Shown here in pieces: positions 27,869 through 38,800 of a DNA stretch of 64,000 nucleotides; positions within the stretch are counted from its first letter, which is position 1, and each line of letters starts with the position of its first letter. The position numbers were made by a program, and so were the translations under genes. Under the pieces are notes generated by a model. The model saw only the letters and a list, made by a program, of their open reading frames with translations. It searched no databases and was not told the origin of the DNA. This stretch comes from an uncultured virus (IMG/VR IMGVR_UViG_3300006802_000088). Taxonomy: Duplodnaviria > Heunggongvirae > Uroviricota > Caudoviricetes. The stretch lies in the IMG/VR virus record IMGVR_UViG_3300006802_000088; one strand, given 5' to 3'.

Positions 27869-28553
27869 CGATTATCGTTCCGCCACCGAACGACAAACGT
27901 GTTGCCTCAGTAATCAGCCCATCAAGAGCGTCTAGAGTAATAGTTTCTTTGCGTGGTTTTGGTTGACCATTAGATGCTTTATCCCAATAAGTGTTTAATT
28001 CGGCCTTTTTCTCCGAAGACAAACTCTTTACTATTGACATAAAAGTTTCCCATTTTTGAGAAACTTCAGGGCTTATGTTTTGCTGAGCAGCGATTGCTGA
28101 CTTGTTTACTAGGTCAGCATCCATCGCATCCTCAATATCCATAGCATCGGTGCTTCTTGCCAAGTAAAGACCAACACCAAGCTGTTGAGCGGCTTTCTTA
28201 AGGGCGTCAGAAACCGCTCCCTTAAAATCATTGCCCAGGTCAATTGGTTTACCTGTTGATTTTGCTCTTTTGACTGATTGACCACCAATGCCGTGTTTGT
28301 TGACAATTTTGCCGTCACCAAAATCTATAGACAAATTAATGTGGGCAATGATTTCATCGTTGTCGTATTGGTCTCTTTCAATTGAGATTACAGTAAAAGA
28401 CCAGGATTCTGGACCCAATACTTTATTGAGCCTGTTGATTACTTCGCTGACAGGAAGGTATACCAAAGATACACCACTTTTAACCAAAGTTTTTTCCATC
28501 TCAACAGGAAATGGTTCGGCAAGCGCCGCCATTAGTGTTTGATTTTTTGTCAT
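27858..28553 (-). CDS. Rad52/22 (Sak)-like ssDNA annealing protein
   Basis: LVYLPVSEVINRLNKVLG..WSF...KGAVSDALKKAAQQLGVGLYL. Confidence 0.9.
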   Translation of the reverse strand: MTKNQTLMAALAEPFPVEMEKTLVKSGVSLVYLPVSEVINRLNKVLGPESWSFTVISIERDQYDNDEIIAHINLSIDFGDGKIVNKHGIGGQSVKRAKSTGKPIDLGNDFKGAVSDALKKAAQQLGVGLYLARSTDAMDIEDAMDADLVNKSAIAAQQNISPEVSQKWETFMSIVKSLSSEKKAELNTYWDKASNGQPKPRKETITLDALDGLITEATRLSFGGGTIIDGE

Positions 28554-29047
28554 TGATTCTCTCCCTTTCTTACTATGATTGTTGTTTTCAGTTGACCCGT
28601 TTCACAATACATGTCTGCATTGATGCCAATGTTGGACAACTCTTTTACGCGCCAATATGACGGTGCGCAAAAATCTAAAAGCTGAATAGCTATTTCAGAT
28701 GGGGTTTTAACAACCTCTCCAGTATCCATGTCAACTGACATTTTCACTAGTTTATCCACGACGGCTAAACCTAATTTTTTATGCTCCCAAGCTTTTCTGT
28801 CGTATGCAGTTTTTTTCTCAATTGAGGCACCTTCCCCTAAAGATATCTCGGTTTCATCGCCAAGCTTTAGCGCAACAAAATGGGTTAACGTGTCGTAAAC
28901 CGTTGCAATATCTCGTTTAGCAAGATTCAACTGCAACAAGCCTTCCGACGCCTCAGCGACTGAAGCATCGGATAAAACGTAAGCATCGATTTCTTCGGAT
29001 AAATTTTTAATTTGTTCACGAAGTTCAACAATCTTTAAAATACTCAT
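28550..29047 (-). CDS. Hypothetical protein
   Basis: 165-aa ORF co-oriented with the recombination genes. Confidence 0.6.
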   Translation of the reverse strand: MSILKIVELREQIKNLSEEIDAYVLSDASVAEASEGLLQLNLAKRDIATVYDTLTHFVALKLGDETEISLGEGASIEKKTAYDRKAWEHKKLGLAVVDKLVKMSVDMDTGEVVKTPSEIAIQLLDFCAPSYWRVKELSNIGINADMYCETGQLKTTIIVRKGENQ

Positions 29048-29096
29048 TTAGTAATGTTTCCTTTTTAAGTAATTATAAAATTAGTAAGTGATAACG

Positions 29097-30404
29097 CTAA
29101 ATCACTATACTGATTTTTCGTCTTTGTGGCAACCCCAACCCAGCTAAATATGTAAAAGCCCCCACAGCAGAGTCAACCTGGTCGTCGTGGTCACATGCTT
29201 CAGGAAATGACGAAAATTCATCAAGCCAGTCAGTTAGCCATGCTCCACGTAGGACTCTGACGTTCCCGTTTGCGCATGCAGCGGCAAACGGCCTAGCTCT
29301 TGTCACCTTATCCCCGGTGGCCCTTAATGCAGAGAAATCATACCCTGGTACCACATACCTTGCGTACTGGTCAACAAGGGCTTTGCCGCTAGAGCCTGGT
29401 TCCTGTTCCATTCTTATGGCAACCCCATGCCCATCCTCATAGGCTGTTTGGGCTATCAATTGTTCGACTTTTTCACCCTTAATCCTGGCTTTTTTGACAT
29501 CTAAGACATAGGCAATTCCGTTATCAAACAACATTAATGTTCCCACCGTATAGTCTGGATTTGGATTTGAATGACTTGGTTCAGTTGCGGCTAGGTCCCA
29601 AAACCTAACAGCCTTAGCCGAATTAGCAACTTCGGGAATTTCTGAGGAATCCAAAATAATAAAGGAAGTTCTGTCAAATAATGTTCCAAGAGTTGTGCTC
29701 CACCAATCACCCTCTTCTAGTCGTCTTCTTTCAATTGGGTCAAGTGCTTGCAGGGCTAAGCGATACGAATCTGCGTCTATGCCCGGGTTGTCCTGGAGTT
29801 TGGATGGTACAAAAATCCTATTTTCCTTCTTTCCTTCCACGATGAAGCTCTGTCTAACCCAATTTGGAGCAGGGTTTGATGCGGCCCTCATCCTTAAAGG
29901 CACATCGGAGAGGGGGCCAGAAGCAGGACGACGTAAGCGGGAAAATAGGTATCTATAGTCGCTTTCTCTGATTTCAGTAACTTCGTCCATCCCAATAAAT
30001 TGAAATTCAGAACCTTTATATCTAAGGTAGTCATTGGTGTTATTTAGGTAACCAAAAGAAATTCTCGCCCCAGACGGAAATGTTGCCTGAAAACTATTGT
30101 TATTCCAATGGACATCGTCATAATTACCCATCCAAGATTTGAATCTATCCATCAACGCACCCGGCAGTGATAGGTCTGCAAACGTACGTCTAAAAAGTAT
30201 TGCCGAATAACCAGGCATATCTACATACTGAAGGGCCGACATCAATAAGGCCGAAGACTTACCTCCACCAGCAGCGCCACCAAAAAGGGCTTCTAACGAA
30301 TTTGTCCTTAAAAATACCTTTTGATTTAACGAGGGTTCTTCTGGGCAAAATGGCGGAGATTTGGGCAGTAAGTAATTTAGTACTTCATTCCAGTCAGTTG
30401 TCAT
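29097..30404 (-). CDS. terL: Terminase large subunit
   Basis: Walker A GGAAGGGKS, Walker B IGMDEVTE, ASNP coupling motif, nuclease WDLA...HDDQVDS. Confidence 0.95.
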   Translation of the reverse strand: MTTDWNEVLNYLLPKSPPFCPEEPSLNQKVFLRTNSLEALFGGAAGGGKSSALLMSALQYVDMPGYSAILFRRTFADLSLPGALMDRFKSWMGNYDDVHWNNNSFQATFPSGARISFGYLNNTNDYLRYKGSEFQFIGMDEVTEIRESDYRYLFSRLRRPASGPLSDVPLRMRAASNPAPNWVRQSFIVEGKKENRIFVPSKLQDNPGIDADSYRLALQALDPIERRRLEEGDWWSTTLGTLFDRTSFIILDSSEIPEVANSAKAVRFWDLAATEPSHSNPNPDYTVGTLMLFDNGIAYVLDVKKARIKGEKVEQLIAQTAYEDGHGVAIRMEQEPGSSGKALVDQYARYVVPGYDFSALRATGDKVTRARPFAAACANGNVRVLRGAWLTDWLDEFSSFPEACDHDDQVDSAVGAFTYLAGLGLPQRRKISIVI

Positions 30405-30491
30405 TTTCCCTCAATTATCCAATTTAGTCTTACTCCAGAGCGTTGATAATAGGCTAATGTAATTGATGCACCCAAATCTGTAAAGGTTTCA

Positions 30492-30710
30492 ATGAGTTTA
30501 CCATCAAAACTAAAATTGATTATTAATAGCTTAAAACAAAAACTTGTTGGCATGAGGCCAAAGCTAACTAGGGCTACCTTCGCCAATTTGCTTATGTTTT
30601 CATTTATACTGTTTACCAGTATTGGTGCGGCGCTTATTTTTGTTCCCGCCGGATTAATGGTGGCAGGTATCGCATGTGGCATTTTTGGTTACCTATTAGG
30701 CGCTGAGTAA
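30492..30710 (+). CDS. Small membrane protein upstream of portal
   Basis: Two hydrophobic helices; ends 3 nt before the portal ATG. Confidence 0.7.
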   Translation: MSLPSKLKLIINSLKQKLVGMRPKLTRATFANLLMFSFILFTSIGAALIFVPAGLMVAGIACGIFGYLLGAE

Positions 30711-30713
30711 AAT

Positions 30714-32753
30714 ATGGCCTGGAACTCAAGTAGTAATAAGTCGCTAAATAACGACAAAGTCAAATCTGTTGGTCCTGGTGCTCCCATTGCCTCGAACCCA
30801 ACTTTTGCAGGCAAAGCCTATAAAGACGGCTGGGATATTGAACGTGCATACAAAGAGGGAATGCAGAAAATCACATGGGTTGCGCGATGTATAGACGCAA
30901 TCGCTGGAAATCAGGCTCGTTTGCCAATCATTCTAAGAAAAGATAATTCACCAGATGGTGAAATACTGACTGGCCGTAAAGCCGAAAATGAAAATTTGCT
31001 TGAAATTTTAAATACAAAATCCAATGTTGGGGAAAATGCTTTCATATTTAGATATCGGCTTTCGTCTCAGCTTCTACTGGGAACACGTGGAGTTTTTATA
31101 GAAAAAATTCGCGGTCGTGACGGGAACATAGTTGGTCTTAGTCTTCTACCACCACAGTCAACAGCGCCAATACCAGACCCAAAAACTTTTGTTTCTGGCT
31201 ACGAGGTGCAGATGCCGTATGGTCAAAAAGTGATAATGAAACCAGATGATGTTTGTTGGATAAGAAGACCCCACCCGATAGACCCATATCTGTCGCTCAC
31301 TCCACTTGAATCTTGTGGTATTGCTCTAGAAATAGAAAATCTTGCAAAACTCTACAACCGAAATTATTTAATGAATGATGGCCGACCAGGTGGACTTCTA
31401 GTTCTTAAGGGCGAAATTGATGATGACGACAAAGATGAGTTGAAAAGTCGTTTTAGGGGAAATATTTCAAAAACGGGATATACGTCAGTAATCTCATCTG
31501 AAGATGGTGTTGACTACATTGATACAAGCGCATCACCGAGAGATGCGGCATATTTGCAAATGAGACAAATAACAAAAGAAGAAATTCTTGCTTCGTTTGG
31601 CGTTCCCGAGTCGGTAATCGGCAACGCAGCTGGAAGGACTTTTTCCAACGCAAGCGAAGAAATTCGTGTCTTCTGGATGGAAACAATGATGCCCCACCTG
31701 GAGCCTTTGGCTAGAGGCTTAGATGAATTGGATGAAAAAAATTATGTGGATTTCGATTTATCAGAAGTACCTATTCTCCAGCTCTACAAACAAGAGCGGG
31801 AAAGATATCTTCTGCAAGAATTCCAAACTGGACTAATCAGCAGCAATGAATATCGGCTTGGGTCTGGTCGCAAAGAAACCGAGAGCGATTTAGCTGACTC
31901 TCTGTTGATGAATCCTAATTTAATTCCAATTTCTAACACTAAGAAAAAAATGGAAGACCAACCGAAGGCTGACATCCCTCAGCCTGGGGCGCCTCCAATG
32001 CCTGGTATGCCCCCTACTCCCGAAATGCCGCCAATGCCAGGCGCACCACCGATGCCGGGCGAGCAGCCACTTGACCCCAACACAATGGCTGGCGCTTTGG
32101 CTCAAAGCACTATCCCACCAGACGCATTGGGCGCTCCCGCAACAACCGCAGCACCTGTCCCCGAAGGAGCGGCAAGCGAATCATCATCGGCAATGATGTA
32201 CAAATCCCAAGAGGACAATGTAAATCAAACAATTTCGCGTTGGGAAGAAATACTGGACAGAAGTCTTGAAAGAGTGTTGGAAAGACAGGAAAGAGTAGTT
32301 CTAGAAAAAGCTGGAAGCAGTAGGGCAAAGAAGGGTTTATTTACTGGCACTTTAGATATCGATTCTCTAATATCTACAGAAACATGGGATAAGCAGATGG
32401 ATGATGATATTCAGCCTGTTTTGTCCGCCATTATCCAGGATTCCATGGCAATAAAATTTGGAGAAAAAGAAAAATCAAAGTCCCTTAAAACCAAAAAAGA
32501 CAGTCATCAGTCTGATATTCGTGCACAAATTGAATCTCAGATGAATCGAATTAAACAAATCAACAAAGAAAATTCTAAGGCTATATATAACACGATGATT
32601 GCTTGCCTCAATATTCCGGGGGAAGAAGAGCGCGCTGTTGAGTTCCGAAAAGCCTTAGTTTCTCTATATGCGAACCTTATTGCAAAACAAATATTTGATG
32701 TTTCCGAAGACGAGACACGTCGTGCATGGAGTTTTGGCCAACAAATTAAATAG
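30714..32753 (+). CDS. Portal protein (HK97 family) with Pro-rich linker and C-terminal extension
   Basis: VARCIDAIA..ARLP, N.GRPGGLL, EILASFGVP..IG, TFSNA, PHLE. Confidence 0.95.
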   Translation: MAWNSSSNKSLNNDKVKSVGPGAPIASNPTFAGKAYKDGWDIERAYKEGMQKITWVARCIDAIAGNQARLPIILRKDNSPDGEILTGRKAENENLLEILNTKSNVGENAFIFRYRLSSQLLLGTRGVFIEKIRGRDGNIVGLSLLPPQSTAPIPDPKTFVSGYEVQMPYGQKVIMKPDDVCWIRRPHPIDPYLSLTPLESCGIALEIENLAKLYNRNYLMNDGRPGGLLVLKGEIDDDDKDELKSRFRGNISKTGYTSVISSEDGVDYIDTSASPRDAAYLQMRQITKEEILASFGVPESVIGNAAGRTFSNASEEIRVFWMETMMPHLEPLARGLDELDEKNYVDFDLSEVPILQLYKQERERYLLQEFQTGLISSNEYRLGSGRKETESDLADSLLMNPNLIPISNTKKKMEDQPKADIPQPGAPPMPGMPPTPEMPPMPGAPPMPGEQPLDPNTMAGALAQSTIPPDALGAPATTAAPVPEGAASESSSAMMYKSQEDNVNQTISRWEEILDRSLERVLERQERVVLEKAGSSRAKKGLFTGTLDIDSLISTETWDKQMDDDIQPVLSAIIQDSMAIKFGEKEKSKSLKTKKDSHQSDIRAQIESQMNRIKQINKENSKAIYNTMIACLNIPGEEERAVEFRKALVSLYANLIAKQIFDVSEDETRRAWSFGQQIK

Positions 32754-32754
32754 T

Positions 32755-32788
32755 TTACTAAAACTATTTAAATAATTTACTAAAACTA
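32755..32788 (+). repeat. Direct repeat TTTACTAAAACTA x2 upstream of protease gene
   Basis: Copies at 32755 and 32776 (21-bp period, about two helical turns); possible operator. Confidence 0.6.
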
Positions 32789-32861
32789 ATTAAAATACTT
32801 ACAATACCTGCAATGATGGCGCTCAAATTTAACTTATTATCTAAATACCCCAAGGAGTCTC

Positions 32862-35800
32862 ATGCCCTCGATGCAGAATGCGGAAATACAATACAAAGCC
32901 AGTGCGGGCACCTTCAATCTCGACGAGGCTCAAGGCATTGTCGAGTGTTTTGTTGCGGGTATTGGAAATAAGGACTCGGTTGGCGATGTTTGCGCAACTG
33001 GAGCTTTTGCTAAAAGCCTTCTAAGAAGAAAACCGCGTGTGGTGTGGGGCCACAATTGGAATGACCCAATAGGTAAGGTTTTGGATATTTACGAGGTTCC
33101 AGCAAGCGACCCTCGTCTACCAATGAAGATGAAAATGGCTGGTATTGGCGGCCTTTATGCAAAAGTTCAATTTAACCTTCAATCAGAGAAGGGCAGAGAA
33201 GCTTTTGCGAACGTTGCCTTCTTTGGCGAAGAGCAAGAGTGGTCAATCGGCTACAAAACACTAAGAGCCCAATACGACCAAAATATGCAAGCCAACATTC
33301 TCTATGAGGTTGAGCTTTATGAAGTCAGCCCTGTTCTGCATGGGGCCAATCAACTCACTGGAACAATTTCAGTTAAAAACGACTCTGGAAAATCTGACAC
33401 GATTGAACGTGCAGTATTTGCTTCTGGGCCTATGCAGGAAGCTGTAAACGTTACCCCTATTGCGTCTCGAGAAAATAATACAGAAGACGATTTACTACAA
33501 AAAATATCTAGCGAATTAGAAAAAAGAACAGCATCAAAAATAAAAATTGTATCTCTTGATAAAAACTCAGTTGTTTTTGATAGGCAAACAAGTGATGGTC
33601 TTGTTTCTAAGTACATGTGCAAATATCACTATGACGGTCAAGAGTTAATGTTCGGGCAACCACAAAGAATAGTTATTCAAAAACCAAACATTAATCCATC
33701 AATAGTTCCTTCTCAGCAGGGTAAACCAACCATGCATGGAAGAGTAACAAAACCAGTGCCTGTTATGCCAATGCCCGTAGCAATTAAGCCTGGAGAAAAC
33801 GGTCCTATTTCCATACCTTTGCCTGTTGTTGTTTATGAAGATTCTTCAAAAAATAAACCAACCACACCAAAGCCGCTAGACAACGAAGAGCAAGCTTTGG
33901 CTGATGCGCTTGTTCGTATAACCAAAAAATACGGCAAGTTCAATGAAGATAAAAAAGGTGTTTACGCGGCCTATACACCAGCGGCAGAAAATGAATTAAT
34001 CAATATTGGAGTTAAATGTTCTAATTGCATTTTCTTTAAGGGAGAAGGTTCTTGCAAGATTATAGATAAAGCCGTCGAAGCCGATGGTCGCTGTAGGTTC
34101 GCAGTTATTCCGCCAGGTGTTGTTGGGGGAAGCGCTATAGATAAAAAAGAATATAACGATTTCTTGGATGAAGAAGAAGTCAAATGGGTCGAAGATATTG
34201 AAGAAAAATATCCAGGCGAATTTATTTTTGGAGTGTTGAGGAACATAATAAAGAGACGCAATAAAAAACGCAAAAAATATAAAGAACTAAATGAATTTGA
34301 TGCGGAAGAATACGCAATCAAGGAAAAAACTTTAGCTTCAGGAAAAGAAAAATTCTTTTATATCCCTGTTGATGTGGAAAATGCTTTTGAAGTAAAATCT
34401 TTACTGGACGCAGTACTGGACCACCATAGGGTTGATTCGTTTGTTGATGAATATGGAATTGTTTTAACATCCGGACTAACAGCCGAATCAGTCGATGCAA
34501 TAAATATTGCAGTAAAAGGCATTGGGACAAGAATAGGAAAAAGAATTGGCAGCAGTCTAATCGATAGACCGAGAATCGGTGACAGAAGAAGCCTTGGTGA
34601 CAGAAGAAGAAAGCTTGGTGACGGAAGAATTGACATACCTACCGGCGGTATGCGTGGCACAAAAAAACCAACAGGAAACCGTCGTGACGTTGATGGTGAT
34701 GGTTGGGCTGATGAAGGCACCACGAACCCAGTATGGGTTGGTCTGCCTTCGGGTACAGACAAAAAACCCACACCATCAGGTACTGGTAAACCCAAAAAAC
34801 GCACTCCAATCTGGGAGCAAAATCGTCGCCCAAGCCCACCAGTCCCTTCGCGACCCAGAGAGTTGTCGGATGACAAAAAACCAGAATCACGTCGGACACC
34901 TCCTCCGGCTCCCCCAAAACCAAAGCCTACAAAAACCCCATCTTCACCACCTCCACCCCCTCGCAAAAAAGAAAAACTATCTTCAGGCACAAAAGATATT
35001 ACTAGACATCGTTCTGCCAAGAAACTAAAAAATCCAGCCGAAGACGCAAAAGAAACAGACTTTGAAAAGATTGCAAATTCATGGCGCGAACAAGGATTGG
35101 GTTGGGTAGAAATTCCGCGATACCCGGCTGACAAAAAACTAAGCAACGATTTCTTGCGCGGCAGGGAACTTGGGTACAACCAAGTAAGAGTGATGTGGAA
35201 TGGTTCGGGCACCTATAAGCGGCCAGCCAATTTTAACGAGAAAGCAAAATCTTCGGTTGAATATAGGACTTGGTTTTTGAACACAGCTAAAACTGCTGGC
35301 GAATACATAAAAAACAGCCGTAAAAGCAGTAATACGAGCGAAGCAGAGAAGGAAATAAATTTTGGCATTCCCGAAGGCATAGAAAACTTTTTGGATGCAG
35401 TGAAGCCAAATGTCTCTGGCTTGAGCATGAACGACAGAAAAGAATTTTTTGGTGCACTAATTCAATATAGGTTAGTACCAGAGAGAGACATATTTGGCGG
35501 AGATTATGGCCTCAGAGGTGCATACGTATACCCTAAAGCCATAGAACCTAAACCAAGCAAAAAACTCAGCAGCGGCAGAAAAGTACCATTCCCTGAAGCA
35601 AAACCAAAGCGCACATCAAAACAGCAACGAGATGACGAAAAAATTTACAAGCGTCGCAACGACGGAGAGTCTCTCGCCGATGTTGCTGAAAGCCTTGGTC
35701 TTTCTCGCGAGGAAGTAAGAAAACGTGAGCAACGACACATGCGTCGTCTTCGCAAAGAAGAGGGCGAAAGACTAAGTGAAGATTCAAATCGTTCCGGTGA

Positions 35801-38800
35801 AACACTGTCTTCTGGACGACGAGAGTACGAAGACAAATCAAAGACTTCGGTTAAAAACATGCCGGCAGATGTTCGGGCGTTTCTGAACCAACAAATCGAA
35901 TCCCAAAGAAAGATAAACAAAAACTCAGATGTTGCAAAACTCTATGAAAAACTTAGAGATGGGTTTGAGTTGGACGCCAAAGAGCGAGACTTCATTATCG
36001 ATTCCCTTGACCGAATTGAAAAACTTTCTACGCAAGACAGCCGCGTATATACCCCTGGACAAAGAGCTTCAGCAAGAAGATTAAATGCGCTTTTGAATAA
36101 AGACAACCCAAATTTCCGGGCCCCCAAAGGAACAGAGTTAAGAGACCTTGATGTTCCTTTGCGTATGGGGGAAGGCGGAAAACTATCTTCTGGACGCGAG
36201 GGCCGAAATCCATTTTACGAGGGTATGCGCGGAATGGATTTCATAAACACAATGAACGGCACTCCGGAAAATTTAAATTTCGAACAAGCTTCAAGAAGAA
36301 GTGACGATATAGGCGCCAACTTTAGGTATTTGCGCGACGCTAAACGTGGTGATTCTTTTGAATTTGAATACAGGGGGAAAATAGTAGAGGTTCACCCTGA
36401 ACCAGGTGAATCTGTTTATTCCACTATGCGACGCCACGAAGATGGGTACTTGTATTTTGTCGGCAGAGCGAAAAGGTCAATTAATCGGGATACCGGGAAA
36501 GAGGAGTATAACGATGGGGTCAACAAAGATGAAAAACCTAGTACTTTTAGGCTAGATTCAATTAATGGTTTGATTTTAGGGGCAGACCATGCTGATAATT
36601 ACTATAAAGAGGGTTACGACCCAATAAACGACAGATTTGTTGACATAGAAGAACAGAGAATCGCTGCACGAAAAGGTCCAAAAAAACTATCTTCTGGACG
36701 TAAAAAAAAAGGGAAGATAACTAAACGTAAACCATTCTCCCCTGAGGACCGACAAAGATTTGCTGACGGAGACCGGTTAAAAGCCAGAACAATTCCGGGC
36801 AAAAAGAAGCCTGGCCCAAGTATTGATGAATTCAGATTAAGCAGTGGATACGGCGGAGGGTCGAGACCTGCTCGTCGTCTTGCTCAATTGAATCGCCGAG
36901 AAGTTGAGCAAATCTATATTCAAGAATCTAGGGGCATGGAAGAACAGGCTAAAAATCTTTTAGCCAATCTCAAAACCCCATCGTTTGACGAAAGCCTTGA
37001 AAAAGGTTCAAAATTAGAGACCATTCGTGGAAATCTCAAGAAAGCATTCACAACTCCAGCGCTTGTTGGTTCTCTGTCGGATAATAAAAACAGAAAAAAA
37101 GACGGACCATGGATGCTTTCGTTTGAAAAATTAAGACCCCTTTTGAGAGACTCTAAGGGCGAACCAATGTCCGATGAAAACATTAAAAAAATGTTTAATC
37201 TCAATGAAGACGAAATGAAAAAATTGCTAGGGAAAAACGGCGCAATATCGTCTGCTTCTGTTCAGTCGTATTTGACTGCACATTCAGATACTAACCTGCC
37301 CGGCGAATCAGATGGACTAATCAGAAAAGTTTGGGGATTTGATTCTGCCCCATACTGGTATGACGGCCTAGAAGATAATAAGCCAGTAAGTCGTGAGGGT
37401 TATGACGCCGCCAAAGACGAATCAACCTTTTTGGCTGCCATCTACCCCTTGGATGCACCTATAGATTTTAAGACTTCAACCGAAATAGATGAAGACGCTC
37501 TTCCTAAAAAGAGAGAAATAGTTGTTGCAGAAGATGTAAAGCGCTCAATAGAAAGCGTGAAAGGAAAAGAATCTAAAGAGGCCTACAGTCTTGACAAGTT
37601 AATTGAAAAACTTAATATGCCAGCTGATTCAGGAAAAAATCGAGAAGAAATAGCTAAAGCTTTTGAGAAGTTACTAGGGGTCCCAACTAGCGCGGAACAA
37701 TTATTTACTTCTCCAGGTTCATGGAGAAGAAATGGTGTACCAACAAATGTGATTTTAGAATTAAAAAAACGTAAGCACATTACTAGTGCTGCCGACGTTT
37801 TTGGTAGTGATGAAGCCAAAAACTTTGACAAAGCAACAGAACAAAATAAATTCTTTAGTGCTTTAGATAATCTCCTAAGAGCAAATGGGATACAAATAGG
37901 AGGAGGTAAGGGCAATCTTTCGGACAGAGTTATTGGTGAAATTATGGGAGACGCTATTGGCTCTAAGCCTTTGGCAAAAATAGGTCGAGCCTTTAAAAAG
38001 GCTGGAGAAGAAAGGCCTTTTACTTACAAAGTGGGCGCCGCTGTCGTTTGGACTCCAGAAGAAATTCAAAAAACTCTTGATGGAATTAATAGAGTAACAG
38101 GAAAAGATTTTAAAGTTTCTGACCTCAAATTAAGTAGCGGCAAATTCGGTAAAGGTGAAAGAAAAGTAACACCAAAATTATCTTCAGGCAGAACTGGGGC
38201 TGAGTCTTTTTCAGCGAACGAATCAATTAACAAAATTGACGAAAGATTGCGTACAGCCAAAAAAAGAGGCTCAAAAGTATTTAATGAAATGCTTCGAGCA
38301 GAAAGTAAAAAACAAAGTTCTCAAAAAGCAAAACCGAATCCACTAGACAAAATGAAAGATGGTGAACGTCTTTCATCGGGCAAACTTGATGAAGTTTATA
38401 AGTCAATCACTCAAAAATTAATTAAAGCAATAGAGACTGCTGATGGAGATAAGTGGGAAGCTCCTTGGTACAAAGTTGGTGCATTCCCTAAAAATCCAAC
38501 CAATAAAAACCGTCCATACTCAAACACAAACTTATTGTTCCTGTTAATGGCGCAAGAAGATAAGGGATACACGAAACCATATTGGGCAACATATAAGCAG
38601 TGGGAAAAATCTGGCGGCCAAGTCAGGGCTGGAGAAAAAGGAACCAAAATTCTCGTCCCAAGAGTTTACAAAGCAAAAGAAGATGATGAGGGCAACAAGA
38701 AAGGCGGCGGAGTATTTTATTCAGTTGCAACGGTATTTAATGTCGACCAAGTAGATGGCGTAGATGTTGAGGAGATGGAGAATAAATTTCCAAAACTTTC

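Noticed and set aside
30401..30682. 93-aa minus ORF as small terminase
   Set aside because: Overlaps the more credible + strand membrane gene and has no TerS features.
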